The notes beneath the pieces were generated by a model. It saw only the letters and a list, made by a program, of their open reading frames with translations, ran no database searches and was not told where the DNA came from. DNA of 64,000 nucleotides, taken from positions 68,944,001-69,008,000 of the forward strand of contig NC_042999.1 of assembly GCF_006345805.1 (NCBI RefSeq), given 5' to 3'. The DNA is from Octopus sinensis (taxonomy: Eukaryota). Below are positions 12,203-24,426 of this stretch, piece by piece; positions within the stretch are counted from its first letter, which is position 1; every line of letters starts with the position of its first letter. Both the position numbers and the translations under genes were made by a program.

Positions 12203-12466
12203 AACACACGCATATATATACAGGTTTATGTATGTATGTATGCATGTATGTATGCATGTATGTATGTGGTGTGTGTGTGTGTGTGTGTGTGAAAAAAGAA
12301 ACTAATAATTTATATTATCATCCTTCATTTATCATAAATATGTATGAATAAGCGTGTGTATGCGTCTGTGCGTATGTCTGTGTGTCTATGAATATGAAAC
12401 ACAAAGAAACCAGTAATGTAAAACAATAAGGATCTATAACAGCAATGATAATGATGATGTTCGTGT

Positions 12467-12501
<35 letters not shown>

Positions 12502-13080
12502 TCGATGACGGTGGTGGTGGCGGTGGTGATGGCGGTGGTGGTGATATGAGGAAGCTAAATATAAAATCAAGAAACAGTTGGTGTCAATTGTACAAATATA
12601 CATTATATACTTGTATGTGTATATGTACGTACATTCGTGTATACATATACCTATATAAATACACACGCACTCACACAGGCACATACACACACAGACACTC
12701 ATACACGAACACACACACACACACACACACACAAACATACATAATACCAATACATATATATGTACATATATATACATATATATATGTATATATATGCACA
12801 CACACATACATGCAAACATACAAATATATGGATAAAAACAACACAAATAAAACGAGTAAATTTATGAGGCAAAGACTAGACAAACAAACGATGCATGAAG
12901 TCAGACAAGCGAAAACTCGTGACTGGAAAAGCGTGGAAATATAAAGGGAGAAAGAAGAAACAAGCGACATTGTAACATTTTCGTGGAACCCTTTGTCCAA
13001 AAAAGTGTGGCAAAAGAAAGAGAAAATATATGATATTCATCTTGAGACGTTTGTTTACGTGACAATTCTCTGTTTTTCAG

Positions 13081-13179
13081 CAACAGCTGTCTGTGGTTGC
13101 TTCATCTGATGGAATGCAATCAAGCTCAGGGCTTGATCGCACTGCACCTGAAGAAGCACCGGCATACGGCTGTTGCTGA
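13081..13179 (+). CDS. Candidate terminal coding exon: QQLSVVASSDGMQSSSGLDRTAPEEAPAYGCC*
   Basis: Acceptor TTCTCTGTTTTTCAG, open frame to TGA at 13177-13179, unique UTR-like sequence downstream, AATAAA at 13500-13505. Confidence 0.55.
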   Translation, partial: QQLSVVASSDGMQSSSGLDRTAPEEAPAYGCC

Positions 13180-13499
13180 AAATAATCAATTCGGTTTTGC
13201 ATTAGGGGTTCAAAAGAGAGTTAGGTTACAGACCGGCAGGATCGGCCGTAATGGATAAATAATACTGTACACTTCGATTAATATATCCACTCTACTGAAA
13301 ATATATACAAGTACATTTCTTTTTCTGATGTATGGATTCTTAGACGGTATCTTGCCACACATATCAACGAGATGTACATCTTGTAACACTGAAGCGCATA
13401 ATGTGGCTTGAGGAGGTTTCTTCTGCACTGTTAGGTGCATTCGATTCCATTACATCGTCCCCCATATACTAGAAGCAAGCTGAAACGATTGTTGTCCTA

Positions 13500-13505
13500 A
13501 ATAAA
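13500..13505 (+). promoter_or_regulatory. Candidate polyadenylation signal AATAAA
   Basis: About 320 nt downstream of the candidate stop codon. Confidence 0.35.
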
Positions 13506-14365
13506 GCTTCCAGTACAGTCTTCCGTATTAATCATTCAGAATACATATATGCGTGTCTGTGTGAAGGCGCATAGCTCAGTGATTAGAATAAATTCTGCTG
13601 GCAATAACGACCTTGACGCATGAACTATAACCTTTTTACTGTCATCTTCGTATTTATGCAGAAGTACGGCTCCTATACCGTACTCACTTGCATCTGTAGC
13701 CGGTATAGTTTCCAACTTTGGATAAAATGTGTCAGTAGTAAGTCCGAAGTTAAAATATTTTCCAAATCATCGAATGCATTCTGGCACTTATCTGTCCAAC
13801 ATCATTTTATATTCCTTTTTCGGCAGATCATTGAATGGGACCCTTACATTAAGTATGCTTGGAATATAGATTTGGAATTAGTTAACTAAACCCAAGAATG
13901 CCTGCAGCATAGTTACATTTTTCGGTGTGGGCATATTCTTTATTGCCATTGCCCTTGGTGGATCAGGTTTTCTTCCGTTTTTGTCAATTACTTGTCCTAA
14001 GTATTTGATTTTATTCAACAAGAACTCACATTTTTCCTACATTAACTTGAACCCACATTCGCTTTTTTTCTCAAATACTCTTTTAACATGTTCAAAGTAT
14101 TGTTCCTGTGTTTTACATTTTATTAAACTATCGTCTAGATAGGCGATAGCGAAATCGCAGTCACTCAGCGTTACATCCATTATTTACTGAAATAAGGCAG
14201 GAGCCACTTTTACACTGAAGGGAAGCCGCTTAAATTTAAATAAGCCGCGGAGTTTGTTAATTATTAATAAATGTGCGCATTCTTCTTCTACTTGTATTTG
14301 TAGATATGCCCCCGAATCAAGGCGACGACCTAGCGGAATCGTTAGCACGCCACGTAAAATTCTGT

Positions 14366-14670
14366 GGAGGCACTTGGCCTAGTGGATAGAGCAGCGGACT
14401 CGCGGTCGAGGGATCGCGGGTTTGAATCTCAGACCGGGCGATGTGTGTGTTTATGAGCGAAAACACCTAGGCTCCACGCGGCTCCGGCAGAAGGTAATGG
14501 CGAACTTCTGCTGACTCTTTCACCACAACTTTCTCTCACTCTTTCCTCCTGCATCTTGCAGATCACCTGCGACGGACCGACGTTCCCTCCAGGTGGGGAA
14601 CCTATACGCCAAGAAGCCGGGAAACCGGCCCTTATGAGCCAGACATGGATCGAGAAGGAACAAAAAAAAA
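14366..14670 (+). mobile_element. tRNA-type SINE (family C)
   Basis: GTGGAGGCACTTGGCCTAGTGGATAG (A box) and GGTTTGAATCTC (B-box-like); A-rich tail; 10-bp direct repeat ATATGCCCCC at 14304-14313 and 14671-14680. Confidence 0.85.
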
Positions 14671-15292
14671 ATATGCCCCCTAGAGGTCTAATTGAGAGAA
14701 CGATTTTCTTCCATTCAATTTTGCAAACACTTCCTCCGGACTGAGCAATGGGTAGTTATGTGCAACTAAACAATCATTCAACCCAGTTGAAAAATCTGCA
14801 CAAACTCTTAGTTTGTTATTCTTTTTCGCGTAAACTGTCGGTGCTGCCCAGTCGGCGTAGTCTCTCTTTTCAATTATATCAAGACGTTCCAGTCTTTCAA
14901 GTTCTTTGTTAACCTGGTCTGTTGCTGCGAATTGTACATTCCGTTTTGGCCTAAAGACCGGTGTTGCACTTTACTTTACAGCGATCTTAGCTTTTGTTTT
15001 TGTACAACCCAATTCTTCAAAAAAAAAAGTCTGGAAATCTTGTATTTATTTATTTTTTTTATTCAGTCCTTCGGCCTCATTTGAATCTTTGACTGACCCA
15101 AATACATTTCCACACAGAACACTTATGGAGGTATCCTACAACTAGAATAGTTCCATCCATTCTGTGCCAAATAGATTAGGTGAATCTTTTTATACATATA
15201 TCTTTGCCTTTTTCGTTTGACCTCGAAATGTTACACTACATACAAATTCACCGAGAAAATATCATCTTTTTCCCATAACACCATGTGCTATC

Positions 15293-15558
15293 GTTGTATT
15301 TAGGAATGGTCATTTTGCCAGTTTAGCCAATAAAAACACACGCACTATATATTTGGTGTTATTTTGCTTCAGCGTTATTTATTTTTTACATTAATCTTAA
15401 TCTTATTTCGGCCAGAGTTCTTTCGTCACACTCCTGTGGCCGAAGTAAGATTAAGATTAATGTAAAAAATAAATAACGCTGAAGCAAAGTAACACCAAAT
15501 ATATAGTGCGTGTGTTTTTATTGACTAAACTGGCAAAATGACCATTCCTAAATACAAC
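15293..15558. repeat. Foldback with 122-bp arms and a 22-nt spacer, inserted in Gypsy pol
   Basis: 15293-15414 versus 15437-15558, about three transition mismatches. Confidence 0.95.
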
Positions 15559-16734
15559 AATATCTGTTTCAACACACGATGTCACATCAAAAATCTTGCA
15601 AAAGAAATATATAAACGTAACATGTGCTATCTTTTTAAATTTAATTAATTTCGGTTTACCGATATATTTCTACGTTTTTTTTTTCGTTTGTTTGTTTTTT
15701 TTCGTTTATGATGATGATATCACTACCAGTGTCCAATTGCATTTCAACAATTGTATTTCTGATTTTCACCTTCATGAATTTCCTCATGATTATATTACCA
15801 ATTACGTCCGATAATATAATATTCATTCTTGTTCCTTTGTTCTGACGTTTTGTCATCTTCATTCTATAGTGCGTCTTTATATATCCTTATATCCTATATT
15901 TTCACAACGGAAGCATTCCGCTTTTTTAAATGGACAATTTTTCCTCAGTTGTATACCTCAACATGTAAAACATTAGTTTATTTCCTGATTTTTGTCGTTT
16001 TTTTTTTAAGCACTTTATCTCTAGTCTGACTATTTCGCACTTGCTTTACTTGGAAACAATATTTACGTTCAATTTCGTGTCTTAATTTGACTATCCTTTC
16101 ACATTCTTCTGACACTTATTGTAGGGTTACATCCTGGTTTTGTTCCAGCTTTGCGAGAATTCTAGTTCTAATTTCTGCGTCCTTTTCGGCGTCCTGCGTA
16201 AAATCAGTCATTTGCACATATCTGACGTTAATTTTCGCATTCCCTGTTTACTCTACCAGCATTTGATGTAGTCCTCTTCATTGTTTTTCTCTATGTTCAA
16301 ACACTTCCAATATATGTTGAACAATGAGCTTTTTTTACTGACAATTTTACACACTATATCTATTGTGTCATTAAAGTTTATGTCCAAAGGTTTTCTTCAG
16401 AGTACATAATTACTGTATCGTTCATGTTCTGTTGTCGCCAGTTTTCTCAAGATTAAGCACGTTTTCATCTCGTCGTCCCAATCTTTACTTTATTTCTGGA
16501 AGATATGCTCATATCTTCTGTAATATGCTTCGAAGGTAACTGCTTCGTCAGGTTCGTCTTTGAACACTGTTATGGAGATTGCGACAAAGTCTGGCGAGAA
16601 CACTTTTTTCTGAACTTCCTAACGACCTCATTAATTGCAGCATTTGTTGCTGTAATAATAATTGCTGTAATAATAATAGTTGTTCTTTCAGTTGTTGGTC
16701 GTGTTGTTGTTGCTTCAGCTTGTTTGTTTGTTTG

Positions 16735-17121
16735 TTGAGCAAAGCGGTATTCGTCCCAGAGCTCGCAAGATCGCGCAACTGTAGTGGGAGAAGTCCGAAA
16801 CGTGGTCCTTTGCTATTCGTAAGACCCGCAGAAGAGAAAGCAGGTCAACCCCCGACACCGAGAGCATCGACGGATGGATGAATGCGCATCCAAGCTCAGC
16901 GGTTGCGTAGGAAGTCGGGGACAAGAAACAAGAAGGAAGAGTGAGAGAAAGTTGGAGCGAAAGTTGGAGCGACAGGGGTCGCCACCACCCCCTGCCGGAG
17001 CTTCGTGGAGCTTTAGGTGTTTTCGCTCAATAAACACACACAACGCCCGATCTGGGAATCGAAACCGCGATCCTCCGACCGCGAGTCCGCTGCCCTAACG
17101 ATTGGGCCATTGCGCCTCCAC
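16735..17121 (-). mobile_element. tRNA-type SINE (family D), copy 1
   Basis: Head GTGGAGGCGCAATGGCCCAATCGTTAGGGCAGCGGACTCGCGG; related copies at 35.8, 43.8 and 48.8 kb. Confidence 0.9.
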
Positions 17122-17340
17122 TGCTGCTGTTGCTGTTTTGCAACTCGAACAAACCGGCCAACAAATTTTCTATAATTTTACGATTTTTTTTCGCACAACC
17201 AAAACTTTTGTGAGTTTTGTTAATTCCTCGTGAGTTGTTAAAATCCTCGTCGAGTTTATTAATTCTTCGTGAGTTCTTTAAATCCTCGGGAGTTGTTTAA
17301 ATCTTGGTCGAGTTTATTAATTCATAGCGAGTTGTTTAGA

Positions 17341-17352
17341 TCCTCGTCGCTA
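17341..17352 (-). promoter_or_regulatory. Gypsy primer-binding site TAGCGACGAGGA (TGGCGACGAG type)
   Basis: Lies 1 nt from the ...TAACA LTR end and upstream of gag. Confidence 0.7.
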
Positions 17353-17353
17353 C

Positions 17354-17627
17354 TGTTATATCCTTAAAATGTTGGGTCATTAAAACACTCACTTCGGTAT
17401 ACAGTATACTTAGTAAAACCAGTAAAGACACGACCGTCTCTGACCGCTTACTACGTACTCTTTCTTTATTTTGGCACTATGGCCATTACACAGAGGGAAC
17501 AGACAGAACACCACAGTGGGGACAAAAAACATAAAACGAATGAAAATGAAGATGTTATATAATAATGAAAATGCAATGGCTGCATGAGCCTCACTCTCAT
17601 GCAGTACCATTTGAACGTTTAACTACA
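17354..17627 (-). repeat. 5' LTR of the Gypsy element (TGTAGTT...TATAACA)
   Basis: TG...CA termini abutting the PBS. No matching 3' LTR is in the window, so the 5' boundary is uncertain. Confidence 0.55.
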
Positions 17628-17727
17628 CTGTTTATAATCGTTCATTTTTCCTTTGTTTTTTTTCTATCATCGTTTTTTCCTCTTTTTTAAAAAATAAAAT
17701 AAGTTTCCTTACTTTTTCCCCCCGTTT

Positions 17728-18587
17728 TTAATATCTCATAAAAGGTTCAATATCTTTCAATTCTACCACTAGTGGCCATTCATCAAATTCCAACGTAACT
17801 CCTGGCGAATCAATGCCTTTTCCACACATATCTTTCAGCCTGTTGTACCTCTCCTTATCGACTACAATGGCCTTCGCGTTCTCTGAGTAAATATCTCTGG
17901 GCAACTTCACCCTTATAATGGACTTAAATTTCATTATTTTTCCGCTCAGTTTCTTTATTTTTAGCGTATGTTACAAAATTCCATCGGTATATTTTCGCCT
18001 TCCTTTCTTGTTTTTCCTTTTCTTGCTCTACTCCTGGTACGTTTTCTTTTTCTTCCTCCACTCTCAATAGTGTCGCCATTTTACCCTCATACAGTTGTTC
18101 GCCTAATTCCTTTTCCTCCACTGGTACAACCAGTGTCTTTGCTGATGACCCCTCCTTCTGAAACTCCTCCTCGAGCTCCTCTTCAAGCTCCTTTTCAATC
18201 TCCTTGTCAACCATCTTCTCACCTTCCTTCCTTCTGACTTCCTGCACAACCTCTTTCTCTACCTCCTTAACCACAAGCCTACTTCAGCCTCTCGACCTCC
18301 TTCAAGCACTCCTCAACAGCTCCAATAGGTGCCATCCCAATGCTCCCGCTCGACACCCTCAGTGTTCCAAAAATCACTGTTCTCTTCGCCACACTGCTCG
18401 TGAGCTCCCCAGGCGGCGCCAGTCTCAACGTGTTTCCCTCCCTCCCCAGTAGCTTCTCACACTCTTCCATTTTCCTCGGCTCAACCCCCACCTCACGAAC
18501 CTCCAAAACTTCAACCTCCACTCCTCCACCAGCCGCCGCCGCACAACTGCGCCTCCCCCACCGGCACTCCCTCCATCCCTCCCACAA
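17728..18587 (-). pseudogene. Disrupted E/K/V-rich ORF of unknown origin
   Basis: Three consecutive minus-strand ORFs (18279..18587, 17924..18274, 17728..17934) form a plausible frameshifted reading. Confidence 0.4.
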
Positions 18588-18899
18588 TGGGAGAAAAGCA
18601 ACAATTCAACAACAGCAAAAACAACTTCAACAGCAACAATCAATAATCTTGGGTGCACCCACGAGGGCAGACCTTCAACAAACATTCAACAAGGTGACTC
18701 ACGTCCAACAGCAGTAAAAAAAAACCCATGACAAAATAACTCCAATCGATACGAATATCGCTTACCGCCTGCTACGAACTCCGGGCACTTCACGTACTTC
18801 TCTTTATTTATAGTGACTAGGTTATTCCATTCCTTACGTGGGAGGGGTGTACCATTATTACTAATTCCCTACAACATTATCATCATTTCTTCCTTTACG

Positions 18900-19690
18900 A
18901 TATAGCGTTTTCCACTGTTCGAAGCATTGCTGGAACTTCTGTGAAGTGATGCTTTTTAACATCTCCATCGTTTTTTCTTCACGTCTTCCACATCAGCAAA
19001 TTTTGTAACACCAGCTTTTGTCACCAGTGATGACATTCGAAAAAGGTCCGGATCAACTTCCGACTGCTCTTTCAGTTTACAACACGCATTCAGTCGTGAC
19101 CGCTTTCAATCTTCCGTGAGTAGGTGAGGCACAAATTTTGCTGCAACTCTCTTCATTACAATTCCTCACTTAAAATTCGTTGGCAGGATTTCCAGGACAT
19201 ACCAGTCATATCAACAAGTTCATCAATTGTCCAGTGATGGTCCTCCAAGATCAATTCATGAATTTTCATGATGTTTTCGTTCATTCGGAAGGTTGACGGT
19301 CGTCCTGAACGAGGCTGGTCATCAAGTGACAAGTGATAATTCCTAAAGCGTGAAAAATACTCGTAAACTTGTGTTTTGCTCATGGTAGCGTCCTTGTAAG
19401 CTGTTTGAAACACGACCACTGTTTTGGCTGCCGTTTCACCAGCAGAAAACAGAATTTCACAGGTGTACACTGTTCCTTCGCTTCAACCATCGCAAAAACC
19501 GTCGAGTAGGGAGAAACACTATAGAACAAAGATGCACAACGTGGTTGTATGGCATCAGTCGACGATGCCGGTCGGCAGACTGATACCTGAGAGTCGCATC
19601 AAGTGGCTTCTAACGGCGGAAACCTGAACTACGTCGGGCTTGTACCACAGAGAACGTTTCCGGTTACTTTTGGGTACCTCCTCCTACATA
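18900..19690 (-). mobile_element. Internally deleted mariner
   Basis: ORF 19156..19470 with DQPRSGRPS and HTH region, followed by VAAKFVPHLLT; TIR-like GGAGGTACCCAAAAGTAACCGGAA. Confidence 0.85.
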
Positions 19691-20559
19691 CACAATTAAA
19701 AAATTAATAATGTGTCGATTTGTTCGACTAAACAATTCAAGATGGTGATCCAGCATGACCGCAGTCCAATGACTGAAACAAGGAAACGTTAAAATCTAAA
19801 TGGTCATGTCTGGAGAGCTTTCAGACTCTTGCAATGAGAAAGAGCTCTTCAGTCTCTATGCTGACCTCATCAGGAACTCATATGGCATGGAAGAGATCCA
19901 AACAAGCGAAAATAAGATGCTGTTAAAACAAAGCCAACCGTCAGAATCTCTTCAGCTTTGGCTCAATTATCGTGATGATTTCTCGTATCAAGTTCAACAG
20001 ATGTACCTAAGCCTAGATATACGATACACGAATGTAATTTATGGTGCAGCCCTCGTGGATAAGCTCAGGGATATAAATAAATGATCAAGGACTTCAAAAT
20101 GCAGTCTCTCACAAAAGTATTGAATGATGAAATACGACGAAAGCTTCTTATTTAGGAGGGGCTGCTTTCGAACTAACAAATCTAACAAGGGATTCGGGGT
20201 TTTGCGAGAACAGAAGGTCGGTGTTACTAGATAAAAAGATAGCGTTTATCGATAATGTTTTTGTAAACATTTATTGCATAAAACAAAAAAAAATGCCAAC
20301 ACAATGGAAGACAAAATATTAGAATAATCTACTTTCAGAATAAAATAAAACAAAATAAAATAGAATGCTAAAGTTAAGTTGATTTTTGTGGGTTTTTTTT
20401 TTTTTTTGCGCAATGTGTTACTACTCTTTTCATGTAAGATTTATTTTCACTGTAAATGACTCGTCTCATTTCCTGCCATCAAATACCATCAAATGCCGTT
20501 CAAATGTCATCGTCATCGTCGTCGTCGTCATCACCATCATTATCATCATCATCAACACC

Positions 20560-20812
20560 ATCAACCCTTGCGCAGTACAACCCCGTGTCCAAAGACACAT
20601 AGAGCTGGTTACTTGGCTTCCATGGCATATAAGTGACCCGATCACACAATTTCCCCTGAATGGAATACCAGTCCGTCGAAGAGTTGCTCATTTACAGCTG
20701 AGTACACTGGAGTAAATGACGTGTTTTGCTCAAGAACACAACACATTACTCAGACCAGGAATTGAAACCTGATTTTCTGATCATGAGTGCAACACCTTAA
20801 CCATTTGGCCAC
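20560..20812 (-). mobile_element. SINE family M, degenerate
   Basis: CAGCTGAGTACACTGGAG...TTGCTCAAGAACACAAC...TTAACCATTTGGCCACG matches 1-170. Confidence 0.65.
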
Positions 20813-21335
20813 GCTAGAGTCGTTTTCAGGCATAAGCATAGTAGGCAATTTTCAATGGGCTCTACGGCTTTAGGGGGCCCAATGCTTAACTTATTACATG
20901 CCGTGGTTTGTAGTTTGCAGCCAATATATAAATCTACAATCCCTTGTGCATTGCTTTGGCCAGGGACTTATAAGACAGTTCGGACGGCCCTGGGGTTTGC
21001 GCATTCATTTGTTTTCAAATATTTTACAGCTTTATATGTTTAAAATAAGAAGAAATAGTGACTGAGTGTCCCCTTCAAATATGCATTTCGAAAAGCTCAT
21101 AACAACGGGGGCAAACGCTGTACCTTCAGTTATTAGGGCAAGGCTGGGTGAGCAAACAATTCTCAGCCTTTCTATGGCAGCAACAAGGGCAGCAGGTACA
21201 TTTACCAAAACGTGCAATGATTCCAGCAATTAAAAGACATATAACTGTGCGTGAGTATATACGTGTATGTATACGTATGCGTGTGTGCGTGTATGTATAA
21301 ATATATTTGTATATATGTATATATATATATATATC

Positions 21336-21895
21336 ATCGATCCAACGAAGCTACACGAAGAAGATAGCCTCTGTGCAGCATATAAGCTATTAGGAAAGAC
21401 TCAAGAGATTAAGACTCTATTCCTTAGAACGTAGGCGAGAAAGATATGCCATAATATACATCTGAAAGATCCTGGAAAGACTTGTCCCAAACTTTGGCGT
21501 CGAGAGTTACACAAATACTAGAACTGGGCGCCACTGCACAGTGCCAAGGACTCCAAATTTGCCATCAAGATGTAGAACAAGATACTGTGATAGCCTGGGC
21601 TTCAGAGGTTCACAGTTCTTCAATATCCTCCCGAAGAACCTGAGAGACCTGCATGGGGTGGATGCAGATGTCTTTAAAATAAAACTGGATCTCTTCCTGT
21701 CAGGTGTCCCAGATGAACCAACTTCACGGCAGGAGGTGCAGATGAGGGCAGCTGCATCAAACTCTCTCATGCACCAAATGTCAATTGCTAAAAAGCGTTC
21801 GTGAAGTAAAATCATGTAGCAACACCGAATGGCGGTGCCCCAGCATGGCCACATCTCGTGAGCTGAAACTAGACAAAATGAAAAATGAAATAAAT
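21336..21895 (+). mobile_element. CR1/L2-like LINE 3' fragment
   Basis: ISY*ERLKRLRLYSLERRRERYAII and FNILPKNLRDLHGVDADVFKIKLDLFLSGVPDEP; 3' tail GGCGGTGCCCCAGCATGGCC. Confidence 0.85.
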
Positions 21896-22239
21896 GATAT
21901 ATATATATATATATGCATACATATATATGTGCATATTTATAAATGCATGTATGTGGCATGTTTCTCTGTGTGTGTATGTGTGTGTACGTATGTGTGTGTG
22001 CGTGTATCTGCTTGTGTGTGTAGGTGTTTCTATGCGCGTGTCTATGTACATTGATGTGTGTACGTTTGTATGTCGGTGACGTGTATACTTTTATAGAACT
22101 ATATTCAATTAACAGGAAGTTCTTTGATTACTCACCTAATTACTTCTGATTTCTTTACTAACGAAGCTGACCAGAAGAATGTTTAAACAAGTTTGTCATA
22201 GGGTGTTGGCCTCTCTCGGTAAGTACAAGTAAACGCGCA

Positions 22240-22278
<39 letters not shown>

Positions 22279-22427
22279 AACACACATCGATATGCATACA
22301 CAAACATTCACACACATGCATATTTATATATACACACTCAGGTTCCTGTCTATGTCAAGTTATATAGAAAAAATACTTTTGCATTTAACATTAAACTGAA
22401 AGTTGTTTAGTAGAGTACCATATATTT

Positions 22428-22471
<44 letters not shown>

Positions 22472-22574
22472 CACATATATATATGTTTGTGTGTATGTAT
22501 ATATATATATATATATATGTTTGTACATATATATATATATATACACAATACACACACACATATAAGTATATGTT

Positions 22575-22612
<38 letters not shown>

Positions 22613-22803
22613 CATGCATGTGTGCGTGTATACATGCATATGCATATAAGCGTACAGATACACATGTATGTGTATATACATACATATACACGTATACAAA
22701 TATACATGTGTAAACATTATATATGCATATATACATGTATACATTTATGTGTATGTATATATATATATTTTTTATACATATGTATACATATCATACATAC
22801 ACA

Positions 22804-22864
<61 letters not shown>

Positions 22865-22867
22865 ATA

Positions 22868-24426
22868 TGACGGCGAGCTGAAAAGTTCGTAGGCTGACTA
22901 TGAAAGAGTGATTCTAAACGTGTGGAATTTGCATACATTATTTTCGACACTTATTACCTCCGCCTTCGCTATGACGGAGGTAATATTCTTTTCAATCGTG
23001 TCTGTTTGTTTGTTTGTTTGTTTGTGGACAATATATCTCAAGAACCGCTGGATGGATTCGGATGAAACTTTTGAGGATATTTGGCTTCGTAACTGGCATG
23101 AACTGATTAGATTTTGGGATCGATCCATTTACCGGACAAGGATTCTGGATTATTTTTCCTACTTTTTTACTTGACTTTTGAGAGCGGTCGGGTACATTTC
23201 TAGTATTCTCGTTTGTGAGAGTAGTCGAGTTTATTTCAGACATTCTCATCTTAAAAATCATCTCCAGCTAATCGTTGAGAGGACATTGGTGTTGCCCTGG
23301 CGGAGGTTTGCGCTCTCTGAGTGCTCTTGTTTTTTTGGGGGTTTTTTTCTAGTTAAACTGACATCTGACTGTTGAAAAGTAACTGATAGCGATTTCTCTT
23401 GAAAATGGACAAAATTTGGCATCATGCTATTATCTGCAGAAAAAGGGTTTATCCCGTGGGACATTCATACTGACATGCTTTCTCACTAGGAGAGAGTGCT
23501 CCAGCTTTATCAACAGTACAGTAGTGGGCAGCTAAATTTAAGAGAAGGGAGAACCTTGAAGATGACCCAAGGTCTGAACGTCCTGCACCTGCCATCACCG
23601 AGGAAAATATTGATCGTGTTCACCAATTATCTATAAAATCACATAGCCAATACTATTAGCATGGCCCGTGTGAGAGTCGAGAATATTCTGTACAATGAAC
23701 TTGACACGACGAAAGTTTCTGCTCGGTAGGTGCCACGTCTTCTGACGCATGACCAAAAGCGCACCAGGTTGATCAGATCACGGGAAAATTTGACATTGTT
23801 TAAGGCAAATCCAACTGGTGTCTTTGAGCATTTCCTAACCCAGGATAGGCGATGGCTATAGACAAAGAGACAATCCATGCAGTGGAAACACCCCTTCTCA
23901 CCTACTTCAAAGAAGACCAAGGTCGTTTCATCTGCAGGGAATGTGATGGCTCTTGGTGGTGGGGGGCAAAGGTCATTGTGTTTATTGATTATCTTTGAAA
24001 AGAACCACATCATCAATAGAGAGTACCATGCCAAATGGCTGGGGCAGTTACAAAAGGTTATCAAGATCAAACGCCAAAAAAAACTGGCGAAAGGAGTTTT
24101 GTTTTATTAGGACAATGCCCCAGCATGCAAGTTCTTGGTTTCAATGGCTATCTCCTGCTTTGGCCCCATATGACTATCATCTGTTCCTTAACATGAAAAA
24201 ATACTTGTATGGGAATCCGCATCACAGTGATAACGATATCATGTTGTTGATGACATTTTTGATCAACAGGGTGAAAGCTTCTTCACTAATGGAATCCAAG
24301 CACCGAAACACCGATGGCAGAAGTGAGTGGACCGCAAGGGGTGGAGTGTTGAACAGTAAACCTCACTTGACCACATTCCATGAGAGTATTTTTGTTAGAT
24401 TTTGAACTTTTCAGACAACCGACATA
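22868..24426 (+). mobile_element. Decayed mariner containing a nested element
   Basis: TIR GCTGAAAAGTTC...GAACTTTTCAG; remnants EDDPRSERP, VSAR*VPRLLTHDQ and DNAPA. Confidence 0.85.
22951..23330 (+). mobile_element. Helentron-type non-autonomous element (HINE/DINE-1-like)
   Basis: 5' TTATTACCTCCGCC..GGAGG, internal (GTTT)n, 3' GGCGGAGGT subterminal inverse, then hairpin GCGCTC tct GAGTGC and a T run. Confidence 0.75.

Larger units (their letters stand above)
13610..17627 (-). mobile_element. Decayed, 3'-truncated Gypsy LTR retrotransposon (K02A2.6/Mag-like), interrupted by SINEs and a foldback
   Basis: Minus-strand order: LTR, PBS, Q-rich gag (TFEAYYRRYE, decayed CCHC), protease LDTGSD (~15730), RT (VFRPKRNV, ADFSTGLN, AYLDD ~14140), RNase H ([12 protein letters not shown] ~13660). 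Many stops and frameshifts. Confidence 0.9.

Noticed and set aside
17205-17352. Short repeated units that might suggest a CRISPR array
   Set aside because: Units are contiguous without unique spacers, the DNA is eukaryotic, and no cas genes are present.
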